From Catajapyx aquilonaris (taxonomy: Eukaryota), in the NCBI GenBank assembly GCA_000934665.2, contig KZ538985.1, positions 1-44,634 of the forward strand: DNA of 44,634 bases, given 5' to 3'. Position 1 is the stretch's first letter, and each line of letters opens with the position of its first letter. The notes beneath the pieces were generated by a model. It was not told the DNA's origin. It searched no databases and saw only the letters and a list, made by a program, of their open reading frames with translations. Made by a program: the position numbers and the translations under genes. Positions 1 to 13,111 of this stretch are shown here, piece by piece.

Positions 1-2523
1 CACTGCCGCCATCTGTCGATCAGATATTTTTTGGGCATTAATTAATTAGCTTTTTGCGGTAAAAATTGTTATTGAAAACAAGTTCTAACAAACAAAAGTC
101 CAATCTTGATAAGTGCACCCACATGTTACTAGCACAATATGGCAACAGTGTAAAAGCGTTCGTTAGCTCGTTCACCGATAAAAACAATGAGCGTCCTTTG
201 CATTTCCGGTGTAGTAAAAAAGTGACGTAACCTGATTTTGTAATGTAAAGGCGGAAGGCAATAAGGCAGGTGTATAGGATGATTTTTCTCACCTGTGCGT
301 TTTTTTGAGTCATTCTCTTGGTCAAGGACATTGGGTAAGAGGTGTGGGGGAGAAAATTCCCACGGAAAAGGTGAGCGAACGGAGACTCCATCCCTTGAGG
401 CCGTTTTAGCATAAACTGGCTCCTTTTTAAAACCCAAGTTTACAAAAAAAAAAAAAAANNNNNAAGATTTCTTGTTGTCTGGTTGAGGGCAGAAAAATTT
501 GGCAACATTTGGAAGTCCTTGGGGTTTGTAAATGGCGGCGTCGCTTCCATTTCCTCCTCACCTTCGACCCGTTTCCCAGAGATACCACCCCACAACCATG
601 CCACCCTTCGCTTCTTTTTTTCTTCTTTTTTTTAATGGTCGTGGAGCTGTGGAGGAGGAATTATTATGTGGGCCCTACGCCCATATGACCCCCCTCATTT
701 TGGGTGTAGTTCAGTCCCTTCTCGCCACGAGGCGACACCTGTCACAACTTCATTCATCCAATAGCTGACACTCTACATAATGTAATAATAATCACAATAA
801 TTATTACGATGATAATAATAATAAGCACAAACAGGTCAATTCCCGAAAACTGGGTAAAAAATACTATATAAAAATCAAACAAATTGTTTTAAGGCTAATT
901 TGCTATTTGCCTTTTGTATGGAGTGATTCATTATCTTGAGGCAATAAATGGAGGTAATTACTAATTAGACATGGTTAACTTGCTCGGTTCAAACGTGTAA
1001 TAATGAATTTAATATTTCACTTTGTTTGTTGATGTCATGCTTGTTATGGCGTAATGACACACCCCGGTTTTTTACGAATAAGTGTAATTTCGGTGAAATT
1101 TTAATTACAAATGTATCAATATTTGACCGGTGTGGGCGTTGACATTGTTTGCCTGATAATGCCTGTACACTGCTTCATGGTTTAATTTAGCGGGTTTGAT
1201 TTAGTCGATATATGTCTATATCATGTTACAATAATCAAAAACACACTGACAGTCGATACATCGATTTTCAGTGGTCGACCACTGGCATATATGTCGATAC
1301 TGCATGTCCGACGCAGATGTGAAGAAATGACGGTATTTTTTTTGTGTGCAGATCCTCATTTTTTGGATTTTGGGGGTGACAGGCAGTGTTCCGCAAAATT
1401 GGCATCTGCAGGATTATTTTTTGGACCACTTTCATAACATCCGAAATCTCCCAAGGCAACAGAATCCGACTGATTTCGATTTCCTCGTTAAGTTCGATAA
1501 CAGTTTCTCCATGCCAACTGCGAAATGGCCCCCAAAAATATAGCTACGATCTAAAAAAAAAATGCTATATTTTTTTTAAAAAAATTAATGGACACGCAGC
1601 AAGTGACAGTAATCAAAACAGTCAGAATTTCCAGGAATAGACGTCGTGGACACGCTATACCTAAAATGCGACTGAAATTCCAGGGCTTTCCTAAAACTAT
1701 GTTGTTTGATTTTTCACATAACTGGGAGACGTCCACTGGAATGTCCACTGAAATGACGTCCTGGCCAGGCTGCTGTCAGAAAATAACTTGTACTTCTCGC
1801 TGAGGTCTAACATGCACAGGCGGACACTGTAATGACTGTTTCATGACTCTCTGACCATGGCAGACTGTACTGCAAACATAGCAGGGAGTGACATCTGGAG
1901 AAACCCCAACTCATATCCTTTAAAACTGGAAAAGTCAAAATTTTATTACACAATTTTTTATATAATATATAAAAAATGTGTAATAAATTTTTGTATATAT
2001 TAACTCGTAGAATGAAAAGTTTGATTGGATACACGACGGATTTGCTGACAATCGATCAGGAAATTTTTTTATTGGTACACCACTATGTAATTATGTCGCT
2101 TACAATGTAATTAGTGTTAACATATTCGCGATTTTTTTTAAAGCGGTAATAAAGCAAGAATTTTTTGCCCCCCCTTTTTTACCTCGAGGGCGACGTGTTC
2201 AGCAGTTTTGACACTTCGCATTCATCGTGCAGAAATCGCCGAACTAGCAGAAAGTGAGGCTGGTGCTCTGCGCAGATGTGTAGAAAATGGGGCCATTAAT
2301 CTAAAAATGGCACGGGGAAGATGAATAAAGGGCAATTCCATGTAAAACGAGGAACATGGCGGGGAGGGGGGGGGGGNGGGGGGGAGCTTGGGAGGTGGAT
2401 AAAAATAGCAGCCGATTTTCAGGAGAAAAAAAACGTCACATCTGGCTCCATTTTCATGTGAAGCCTGCATTTTTTTGTGAATGATCAATGTATGTGCTAA
2501 TTGACATTTTTGCGAAAATTCAA

Positions 2524-2570
2524 CCGGTAGATGGCGCTGAGTTCGGACTGGAATCATCGCCATCTACCGG
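2524..2570. repeat. Inverted repeat with perfect 13-bp arms (CCGGTAGATGGCG / CGCCATCTACCGG), each resembling a CTCF core
   Basis: Arms at 2524-2536 and 2558-2570 read directly from the sequence. Confidence 0.8.
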
Positions 2571-3045
2571 GCCGTTTTGTCAACACGTTACTGACCGGAG
2601 TTTAAAAAATTGTCCATTTTCCGCCAGCAGAATTGGCCAGCAATTATAGTCCAGGCGAAAAAAAATTTAGCACGAATCCGCAGTTAGGCGGACTCTCGTC
2701 TTTATTCGGCGAAGTAATGAAAGTCTCTTGTGGTTGTTTGCTCAAGAGTCGGAAACTACACGCTAACTTTGAAGCTTGCTGATTGGGCTGCTTGTTGGTT
2801 CTGGAAAGGCGCCCACACGCTTTGATGCTTTACCTCGACTTGGAGCTGCGTCTTATCTTGCCGAGTGACTAATGGGATTAGACATTGCCATTTATCCTTA
2901 CTCAAACGGTTGGATGTTCCTTGGTGACAGAGAATTTCGGTCCACTCTTGAACGCTGTTAATCAGTAACTAATCAGGTGTGTTATTGCCCCCACCAATTT
3001 ATCTCCAAAGTCTCATCTTAGTCATTTGCTTATAAGAAGAAGCTT

Positions 3046-3083
3046 TGTTTCATCCTGGCATGATGCAACCCAACGAACACGCT
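3046..3083 (+). repeat. Dispersed repeat copy 1 (TGTTTCATCCTGGCATGATGCAACCCAACGAACACGCT)
   Basis: Identical to 5086-5123; core also at 18339-18369 and inverted at 29976-30002. Confidence 0.9.
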
Positions 3084-4712
3084 TTGAGTTCAACAAATTG
3101 CCTGAAAAATTTGTGAATTTAAATATTTGAAAATTAGAAATTAATGAATTTATTTATTTGACCAAGGTCAGAGGTCACAAAATGAATGATTAAAAATGTA
3201 ACAACTGTGCAAGTGTTCTGCATATATATAGGACACTACGAGTGTCGCCAAAAAAAAGGTGTCCTCATCAGTATTAATTAGAAGGTTAGAATGGTTTGTT
3301 TAGTCTGGCGGAATTTTCCCTTCCGCATTTGTATTCTGGGCGCACCTACTTAGGTTAGAACTCTCGAAGAATTGCAGGTGGTGCAAGAGCCTGATTGGAT
3401 AAGGAGCGTGCAAATGGCGGACGACTTAGAGAACTCCGATATGTGATAATTTGCAAGGGGGGGGGGGGGGGGGNTAAAAACTGGTCGGTTTTATCCGCAC
3501 TAAATCCAATCCGCTCATTCACGCAGCGTTCCAAATCATTACGTGCTTGCCATTTTTTGGGGAGTGCAAAGTACGTGTGTTGACGGACTGGAATATGGAG
3601 AACCATTTGCAGCGGTAATTGGATTTTGCGAGATATTCAGTGTCCTGGGTGCCCCTATTAATGTACGGTGCGTGTAATGTAATTAGTACGAACAAGCACT
3701 TGATTGCACAATGGTACTTAGTAACTGGGGGCGATTATAATTTTTTTGGTACACCCGATACCAGTCGTAAATATTACCCGACCTGGAAAAATTCGCCTCG
3801 TTTGAGATCTGACGAATAGGACCATCAAGTGAGCATGTCGCATCGATTGGTTGATAAATTAAATGTGCACCTTTTTTTGGCAATTGATATACCAACCCGC
3901 GGTGTCGTCAAAAGGTAGGGGGGGGGGGACTGAAAATTTGCGCTCCCAATTTGCGGCGACGCTCCAGGGCAAACAGAACCCGCATTGGCAACGCCGCATC
4001 ACGAATGTCAACACACTCCGCGGCTTCCCGTTAGAGGTCGTCTGTGTAGCACTCCCGAGAAGAAGATGTGTACACGAGACAGATCCTATCTAGTACTGTA
4101 CACTATGTAACCTAATAGAATTAAATTTGACGCTTTATTAGCAAAACAATCCATAGTACTGTTCCTCCGCGTGTAAAAAAATAGTCCTTCGACCGCAGGG
4201 CATCTTTCCTCCCCCTCAGCGGACTGATATTTATAAACCTTGGAAAGTTTAACCTATTGGAGCATAATTTTGTCCATTTTCCTCCAGCTCTCTCCAGGAA
4301 CCTTCCAGCCCTTTTCCGCCCCTTTTGCTCTCTCCACATTACCTATCCCCCTCTGCATTGCGTCCCGGATCAAGCCAGTGGGCTTTTGCCAAATTTTGGG
4401 CCGGCCCAATAACCCGCAGGGGCTAAAAAGGGATGGCCAAGCCTTTTATTATCGCCCCCTTAGCTTTTTCGCGGCATTACCCACTCCATGAACCGCCATT
4501 TTTAGGCCCAATTTGCAACACACGCTGGGGCGCCAATTGGTGACCAGCCCCACGCACTCATATTGCCTGAAAATGGCACTTAGCACTTTTCCACTTAATA
4601 GCAGGGAAAAATCGACATTTGCTTATTGTAAGTGAAAGAAGTTGGAAGATTTTTCCTATGCAGAATAATATGTGAGTGTACAGGTGAGTGCATAGGTGAG
4701 TGCATAGGTGGA

Positions 4713-4926
4713 CGCGTATTGCTATCCTTGTGAGGAATTTTGTCATTACGAGGTAGTCCTGTACCTCATAGTGAACACACGCCTCACAAGGATAGGAAAA
4801 AATCGAAAAAATACCTCATAAAGACAGTAAAAATATATTTCACCAAAATTTTGTGTGTTTCCTTGTAGGTTAGGTTAGCTTAAAATTTAAAATTTTGGAA
4901 AAACCTCACAAGGATAGGAATGCGCG
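4713..4926. mobile_element. MITE-like element with 23-bp terminal inverted repeats, inside a 12-bp (TGAGTGCATAGG-like) minisatellite
   Basis: CGCGTATTGCTATCCTTGTGAGG (4713-4735) vs CCTCACAAGGATAGGAATGCGCG (4904-4926), 2 mismatches; extra internal partial copy at 4782-4798. Confidence 0.7.
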
Positions 4927-5025
4927 CCTGAGTTAGTGCATATGTGAGTGTATAGGTGAGTGTGAAGGAAAATTCCACGATTTTCAAGGGAAAATGCTGC
5001 GTCCCAAACTTATTGTGTTAGATAT

Positions 5026-5126
5026 TCATTTGCTCATAAGAAGAAACGTACCATATTTTTAAAAGGTATTCGTCCACCTCCACTGTGTTTCATCCTGGCA
5101 TGATGCAACCCAACGAACACGCTGTG
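5026..5126 (+). repeat. Dispersed repeat copy 2 (longest copy)
   Basis: Shares TCATTTGCT(C/T)ATAAGAAGAA and the 38-bp block with copy 1, with about 36 bp extra between them. Confidence 0.9.
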
Positions 5127-8100
5127 CCTTATTTTAACCAAAAAAAAATATTCAGGCACATCTGGGTTAATCCAGGGTTAACCTAATTAACTAAAAAAAT
5201 GTAAATGAATACCTGCACTTAATCGTCGATTTTCACCTAATTTGCTCTGATGCAACCGGTTCTGAGAGTGTTACCCAACCGGTAATACCCTCTGCATGCA
5301 CCGCATCTTGTGCAGTAAAACCCTCCCTAGCCTGAGTTTGACCAATCGATACTTCACAGGTTTGTGTGAATGCAGCATGTGGAGCATTTTGGGACGCAGC
5401 GACACAAAATAGACACAAATTGGTAATTAGTTTGTCGTGCCTACTGACATGCTGGTCGAATTGCTGCAAATTGCGGGTTATCCGAAGCTGACGTGTTGTT
5501 GTGTCTGGACACATTTCGGCATGACATGGTAGTATGATTTGTTTGCGCAGTTTTTTTTATAGGGGGTGGTGGGGGGAGGGGTTTGAGAGGGTGGGGGAAA
5601 AAGTTGATAGATTGTTTTGTGCACGAGGGGCGATAAGTGGGGGAAATATATGGATGTGCTAATAACTGGTTTGGGGTTGATTAGCGGTTGGAAATGCGTG
5701 GTACAGTTGGACAGACTGCAAATATTTGTAAAATTTGTGTACGGCCATCATTACCTAACATAGGGAGGCGCAATATGGCCGCTCCCAGTGATGGTGGCAA
5801 TGGAGTACCAAGATGGCCGCTTCTTGGGCAACAGATTTCTGCTGCAGTTTGCACCTTATAGTTCTGTGGGAACCCCAAGTGTAGACCATTGGTTCAAGTT
5901 AGCTCCACATTTTACGTGCAGTCTTGGGGCCCGTTTCCACCTTCTTTTTCCTTCTCCCAACCCCCATCCCCAGGAAAAGAATGACCACACGTCTAGCTCA
6001 GCCCCTAATGAATGGACAGGGGCTGTCCAAAAGCCAGGACACTACTGTCCTCCAGAGAGATCAGGCAAGTCTCGCTTCCGCCTATTAATATTCATTCTTA
6101 ATTCCCACCAGATGAATGAGTAATGCCGCGAGAAGCTCCCTTCAACATAAGAGAAAAGGCAGTATATGTACATTTCATTTAAATAAGTCATACAAAGAGT
6201 AGGGGGGTATGAGCAAGCCAACAAAGATTTTTGGAGAGGGGAAAGTTTGCGCCCTCTGCGACATCCAACTTGCGACATTAATTCAACAGGAGATAAAGTC
6301 TGTTTTGCGGGGCGGCATAACGGAGTAATTTTCGCGACATAATTGGAAACGCAGACAGGAAGCTTGTAACTTGGGTGGCTTCCTGCACACTGTAGCCTAA
6401 GTTTATTAAACACGAGGGGCGCAGTTGTTTACAAGTCAATGGTATTATAACCGAATTTACTACTCCAATTAGTGACGGGAAACAACGCGCAGTTTGGCGT
6501 GAAGCGGGGGAAGGCACCAAGAGGGGGGTAATTGTGACCACAGGGTAAATTGAGGATCACTGGGCAGATTCTTGTTGCCGATTTTCTTGTTTCCAACACT
6601 CACTTGGTTGCATCTTGTCTGCTTCTGGCTCCGGATGTTTTGATTAGCTGACTTTATTAGCACAAATCCTGCCTTTTAACACTGTAGTAATAATAATGCA
6701 GTAACATTTTAAAAATGAAAATGTTAATTTGGTGCAGTTCCAGGCAACCTGGTTGCGTTTATGAAATTTTTAAATCAGTGAAATAGTGTAATTCCAGTTG
6801 GATTTACAGTGTGGAATCCTCGTGGAGCGCAAAAGGAAATTTAAATGAGAGGGGTTCCTTTGTTGTGCTTTGCAGCTGTTTCAAACGGACAATAATTGTC
6901 AAAATAGCAACATTAATACGTAGGTTTCACAGGAGGGAATAACACCAGGGATGTATCTCTAGTTGCAATTTTTTCATTTGTTATCATAAAGTCAGCTAAA
7001 AATTAGCGTGACATTCACATTTATGGTTAAACTGAACAATTATTCACATATTTTAGACTAATTTTTCCCCATGTTTCCAGAACATCCAAACATCCCTCAG
7101 GTCACAATTTTAAAAACCACTGGTAAACCCGAGATACACCTGAACAATTTTTCACCATTTACCAGGAGCCTATTGTTTATAGGCGCTGGGGGTATTGTTT
7201 TCGGCTCGTGTTTTCAGGCGGTCTGGAGTTCACTATTGTTTTCTTTTTGAGGGCAACTCACAGTGGGTACGGCCTACAAAAGGTCCGGCGGACATTTATT
7301 TATCGAGCCAAGTGCTCTTGTTTGCCCTACGTCGCTCACAATAATTGCCCGAAACATGCCCAGAGCAAGATACAGAAACGCGTTTTTTTTCACTCTCTCT
7401 ATACCTTGTTTGCTTCCGTTTTTCCGCTCCATTTTTCGGTCCAAATGACAGTTTTTGAAACAGGAAACGGGAGAAATGATACCCGGCAAACTTGGGCCAA
7501 CTAGATGATGCAGGGTGTTCTTTTAACTTAATATTTGTTTCAAATATAATAATAATAATTGCCTTTAGCACATATTTTTGTTGAATTGTTTAAACATTTT
7601 TCTCTTTATGAGGAAAAATGACTAATATGTCCTACATATTGCATAGGACGTCAGGTATGTCTGGTCAAAATTTGCCAACTGCTGTGGACAATCCCTGTGT
7701 ACATTTAAGCTTCAGCGAAATCAATACCTCTCCGGAAGATTGATTGAAACCATATTCGAAAAACGTGCCCCTTCAGTGTCAAACCCCCCCCTACTAAAAA
7801 ATGGCTGGTGTGTAGAAGCTTCCAAAAAACATCGAGCCTGCATACAATACAACAGCATTTTAACAGTACCTGGCGTACCACTCTCGTCGTCACAACGTCC
7901 TCACATAAAAAAAGGTACAACAACACAACCCGACATTAAAAGGCTGGATGGCCCACACCGTGACGTATAAAACCGAACAAAAGATTTTCCAAGAGCATTG
8001 TTGGGGGAGGGCAGAGGGGGTCGGATTTGAAAACAGTTCTGATTAATAGAGGAAAGCCACTTCCACACTGCTTCACTCCATCAGGGCAAAATCCGGTGCA

Positions 8101-10292
8101 GGAAGTTTGAGTTTGAATGCCCTCCCACCAATTGAAAAGAGGAGGGGGGGTCCCAGGCTTCAATTACAAGCCGAACCAAAAAAACCATTTTTAATCCTGG
8201 CCCCCTACATTACGTGCACCAATTTGGGGGTTGCCCTCCCTCAAAGTTGCTTAACGAAGAAACATGCCATCCATTCAAACCCAATTGAATTAGTGCCTCT
8301 AATGATAAATACTAATCGTTACTCGGTGTTAGGTACTGCCTAAATACATTTCCGAATTGGGGAAAAAAATATATATTTCCGGTTCGATCATTATGCCTCA
8401 GGATGGTTGAAGGGAAAAAATTAACTCACCTGTAGGACAGGAAATTGCTCCGGAGATTTCCACAAATCGGGAGAGGAAAATGACAATTATTGGATGGTAG
8501 AGCCGCTCGCTTTTTATGAGAGGATATCAGACCAATCAAATCTGGTTCTGTACAGTGCTCCAGGATTTATTGAAAAATCCGGTTAATTATGTTAAGGCGG
8601 ATCTATTTTGCAACGGAAAATTGTGTATCCTGTGAATGCAGCTTCCTGCAGTACAGGCTTGACTGGTAGTATCACTCGCAGGATACATTTTTTTATTTAA
8701 AGCCTCGTTAGTTTGAAAGTAGCTGAATGCAGTTCGCTATGTTATTAGCAGGCTGTCGAGTAGAATACTGTTTTTTTTATTGGGTTTGCCAGAGGGTGAT
8801 GTGGGAACTGTATGTGCAGATCGAGATACCCGGGGATTTATCGCGGCTTACATACACCTGCACATAACACTGGTGATGTACTGCCTGCTGGCTTGCAAAA
8901 ATTAAAAACTGTAGTAAATTTAAAACCTGGTTAATGCAAAATACACACCTTACATTATTATGCATGACTATTACTCACATCACACATTCAGTGTGGGGGA
9001 CTAAACAACAAAAGATTTTATATACCAACCCTTTTGTTTGTAACAATGGAACCAGCTTCTTACCGGAAACATTTTGAGAATTAAGAGTTAAAATATGCGG
9101 GTCGGTGCTGTGCGGTGATTGAACAACTTCCTCCAGGGGGATTCATACCCGTTCCTTTATGGCTCATATGAAAGGGGGGGCTGGAGCGAATTTTGTTGAC
9201 AAGCCCCATCTTTTTTGGCTTGAAAGCAACTATGTAAACCCTCAACCTCATGGCTTTAAGATCATATGTCAGAATATCAATTATTAATGGGGGTTAGTGG
9301 ATGGAAATTAATCAATCATGTCATCTGGACTCATCAATTGTTAGTTATTCAACAGGAGAATGTTACGCCTCTAACATTGTTGCTGCTGTGACGTCAAACA
9401 TGAAGCAATGTCAATATTTTGGGAATAAATGCGTTAAAATCACTCAAGTCGAGTACGTCCATTTGAATGAACTCAATGCATTAATCGAATCTTTCAAATT
9501 CCGAGTGGGCAACCTCTATTCAAAGATATTTCAGAAGTCGGTCGGTTTGTGTAGAAGCAACATACAATTTTGAATATTGCTAAAATCCTAGGGGGCCAAC
9601 TTTTGAACAAATCAGTCGTTCGACGATGTGCGGTGCGGCGCGGTAAAGCAAACGCTGAACCAAAATAATCTCTCCGCAAAGCAGTGGATCCATGTGAATT
9701 TCAGGAGTCGAGCTGAGGGCACAAAAACCCCAAAATCCAATTTGTACCGTTTTCCATTCCTGCTCCGACCCCTTTCCTGACAATAAATTATTGTCGAACC
9801 GACCTCTGGGACCCCCGCCTATTGGCCACGCACAAAGCATTAATGCCCAAGCCCACATGAAATAATGAAAATAGGAAAAAAAAGGCCCAATCATACGTAC
9901 ATTACATTCAATGTTGGTTTTTTAAGAAAATATGTAAAAATTATTGCACCGATTGCATTTAATCCTAACTGTCCACCTTAATATTTTTTTAAAAAAAGCG
10001 TAATTGCACAGCGTAATTTCTCTAATTAACCAAACTTATAAATTGCACTGTCCTGCAAAAAATTAAAAAAACGAAAATGTAAGCAGGTGTTGCCACATTT
10101 CCCCAAAAACCCAGCAAGGTGACGCACCCTCCCAAAACTTTTTAAGGGGGGCTCCCCATTATTTTGTGTGTAAAATGTGATGTTGAAAGTGACGGTCACT
10201 GGAGGGTGGGTATATATATGTAGAGGGGGGGTTGTCCACAGTTTGAGGAGCAGGAGGAGGAGGGAAGGGGGCACTGTTTCAAAAAGTGAGGT

Positions 10293-10294
<2 letters not shown>

Positions 10295-10356
<62 letters not shown>

Positions 10357-10372
10357 NNNNNNNNNNNNNNNN
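10295..10372. repeat. (GA)n microsatellite running into an N gap (10357-10372)
   Basis: Read directly from the sequence. Confidence 0.97.
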
Positions 10373-11297
10373 CCCCTCCCCCACCCCCTCCTCCTCCTCC
10401 AGTTTCCTCCCACTTTTGCATGTTTCTGACTCGTCTGATTTGCAAATCTGGAGGTTGTTTTGAGTGCAACAATGGGTCGGTTCATTCGGTTCATCATTGT
10501 TGTATCGGACATCCATGAAGCACCTGTACAGTACAATATAATTAACAAACATGTGTATGTCACATGAACATATTGTTATATAAATAATAAAAAAAAGACC
10601 ATTAGCTTCTGCATTAATTTTGTTTTAAGGAATGGTTCAGGCGTGTTTGCATAACAGAGTGGGGCGCGATTCAAGAATTTTAAATAAGTATTGACCTATG
10701 CCGTGATTGATGGCTGTTATCGCGATGACAGCACGAATATTTTCGGAATCACTTGCGCTTATTCCAGCCATTCGGCAACGAAAAAAAAAACATGCGATTT
10801 TTCTGCTTGATTGACATGAATGGGATTAGGCAGTCGTCATAAATAAACCCTCCAGGAAGAGAAGCATGGGGAGGAAAATCCAACAGCCAGAAAATGGCGG
10901 AACAAGAGTGACTACACCTGAAACTTATATCCTAATTGATCCTTTGTGTGCACGTCAAGGTGAACGAGGCAAATCCAGCCAAGCGTTCTGCCCTTTTGAT
11001 GTCAAAGTGGAAACTCTCACTCCAGGCCTGATACTTTGATTCCGCAGGCAGCAATGCAGCCCGCCGCACTCCCCCCCCCCTCCCCCTCACCATATAACTA
11101 TTCCGCCCAACATGGCTGCAGAAATGCGGGCAATCCGTTCTGTGACGCCACGTACCGGATGAAATATTTAAAAAAGCCGTGGATCTCCTTTTTCCATGAG
11201 AAAACGCGATCAAAGGCAATCCATTTATATATACGTAGTAGAGTCTGTAAGGCCTCTAATACCAATCTGATATGCTATACTAAAACAAGCTAAAATT

Positions 11298-11595
11298 ATG
11301 TGTCTTTCAGCCAAATCTCTACTTATGGAGAAAATGCATATTTCAATGCTCTATTAGACACCAGTAAGCGATTGATACTCGTAGGATTAACTCCGGTATC
11401 CCCGCCCTCTCTCGGTGACGTCCTCACCCTACTAGCTACGTAATATCGTGTTTCTTTCAGCCAAATCGGACTATTCTACACTTATGAAGATAGTTGACAT
11501 ATCAATCCTCTATTAGACACCAATAAACGATTGATACTCGTAGGATTAACTACAGAATGCTCCTGTATCCGCGCCCTCTCTTGGTGGCGTCCTCA
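11298..11595 (+). repeat. Diverged tandem duplication, unit about 150-170 bp, two copies
   Basis: TCTTTCAGCCAAATC, CTCTATTAGACACCA, CGATTGATACTCGTAGGATTAACT and CGCCCTCTCT..GTCCTCA recur in the same order. Confidence 0.9.
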
Positions 11596-13023
11596 GGGCG
11601 GCAACGCCCCGCAGCGGCAGGACCTCAAACCTGCCCAAAGTAATCAGGCGACTCCCCGTGAAGTAGCAATTGAAAGCGAGTGAATATTTTCTTTTTGTAA
11701 CCTGGTGGGGACTTATTAGTCCCGCCCAAAAAAGTGTCGGCAACCACGCCTTGTTTCTGGTCGCCTGGGAAGCCACCAACAAGGTTAGCACAGTTTATGG
11801 TCTCACTTCATCCCTGGTCCCCCAGCGACATGTTTGGCCCGGAGCCCAGAAGTGAAGGCGGGCTTTTGGGAGCTAGAAGACTGTTGAAAAAAAAAAGGAA
11901 GAAGAAGAATGGAAAAAAAAGAAGAGAAGGAGGATGGATGACCTCCTTTGAGAAATCCCACAACGGCTATCAAAGCGCATGTCAGCTGTCAATCCCGGAC
12001 CTTTTACTGTCCTCCGGATTTTTTTGATTGCGATTTATGGAGCACCCTGGAGGAGGATCCCTGGTTTTGCGAAAGCAGGCGGAGATGGTTAGCATTTTTG
12101 CGGAGTATATGACTCGGCTTTTTCGGTTGTTAGCGGTTAGCCATCTGTTGCTATAGGTTCCTGTGGGGGATATGCAGACGCAATTGCTGGATGGATTTTG
12201 CGAAAATGCGTGTAAGGTTGTACACCGGAGTACCGAAGTGGTTAACCCCCCCTTGTATAGGATATACATAATTTCATGATGCAATTGCATTATGCAAGTG
12301 TTGTGTGTCAGAGTACGATACAATTTTATGGAAGTACATCATGCAACGTGAATTACGAGGTCGCTGACCCAATTGCTTCTAAACTCTAATTAGCGGACAT
12401 TCACAGCCAGTGTTTAATAACACAGTGTGCAATCAGAGTCGCAGATTGTAACCTGCACCATCCAAATTAACAAGAGTGATTAAGCATGACTCATCCTCTT
12501 CTCTCCGAATATAAGGTTATGTTATATTGATGCCAACTATTTAAAAATTAACCACGCCACTAACCAAAAGGCCAGCAATACCCGAAGTAAATCCCTCCCA
12601 TTAAGTCCCGAGCACGCACACTAAATAACGCACCATAATGTGCGGAAACAATCCGGCTTGAGTCGCATGAAATGTTGACAACCAATCATCGAACTGTCCC
12701 GCCAAACCGTGTTTTATTAGCTGTGTTATCTACCATGACGGGGGGAACGGTAAAAGCAATTAGATCCTGGCCGTGTGGCCGACTAATTAATTAGAGGGGG
12801 GGGGGGTTCTAAGCGCCATATTTGACCAACTACAAAAATGGGGTGTCGCCTAAGTGGCGAAACTATTCGCTCTTTTGCCTCCAGTGGCTCGTGGTGCCAC
12901 CAGTGTTTTGCTGATATGAATTGAATGGTTATTGACAGTGTTTGTTTGGTTTTTTCAGTCGTCGGGGGATGTGGGCCCTGCGGCCGTAGGCGGTACTATG
13001 GCCTTCGCGGTCGTGGAGGGGCC

Positions 13024-13111
13024 ATGGCAGACTGTGTGCGGGGGCGAGCCTCCTCGCCAGCCGGCGAATCCGGCCTGCTGACACTCCTGCTGCTGCTGCT
13101 CCTACTGCCAG
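13024..13111 (+). CDS. tutl: tutl coding exon 1: signal peptide MADCVRGRASSPAGESGLLTLLLLLLLLP(G)
   Basis: ATG in gccATGg context, poly-Leu core, donor CCAG|GTTAGT in phase 1 joining exon 2 to give LLPGLCGHQD. An acceptor TTTTTCAG at 12958 implies an upstream exon, and the frame is open back to it, so the true start could be further upstream. Confidence 0.8.

Noticed and set aside
3200..3275. Minus-strand CTGATGA followed by a GGACAC/GTGTCC stem (hammerhead-like)
   Set aside because: The required GAAA after stem II is absent (TATA instead).
10026..10563. ORFs with SLSLSL or ERERER runs
   Set aside because: They are translations of the GA microsatellite and the N gap.
38..12900. Many 60-150 aa ORFs upstream of tutl, and similar ones in introns and the 3' region
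   Set aside because: No recognisable domains or consistent exon structure; many start at non-ATG codons or run through microsatellites and Ns.
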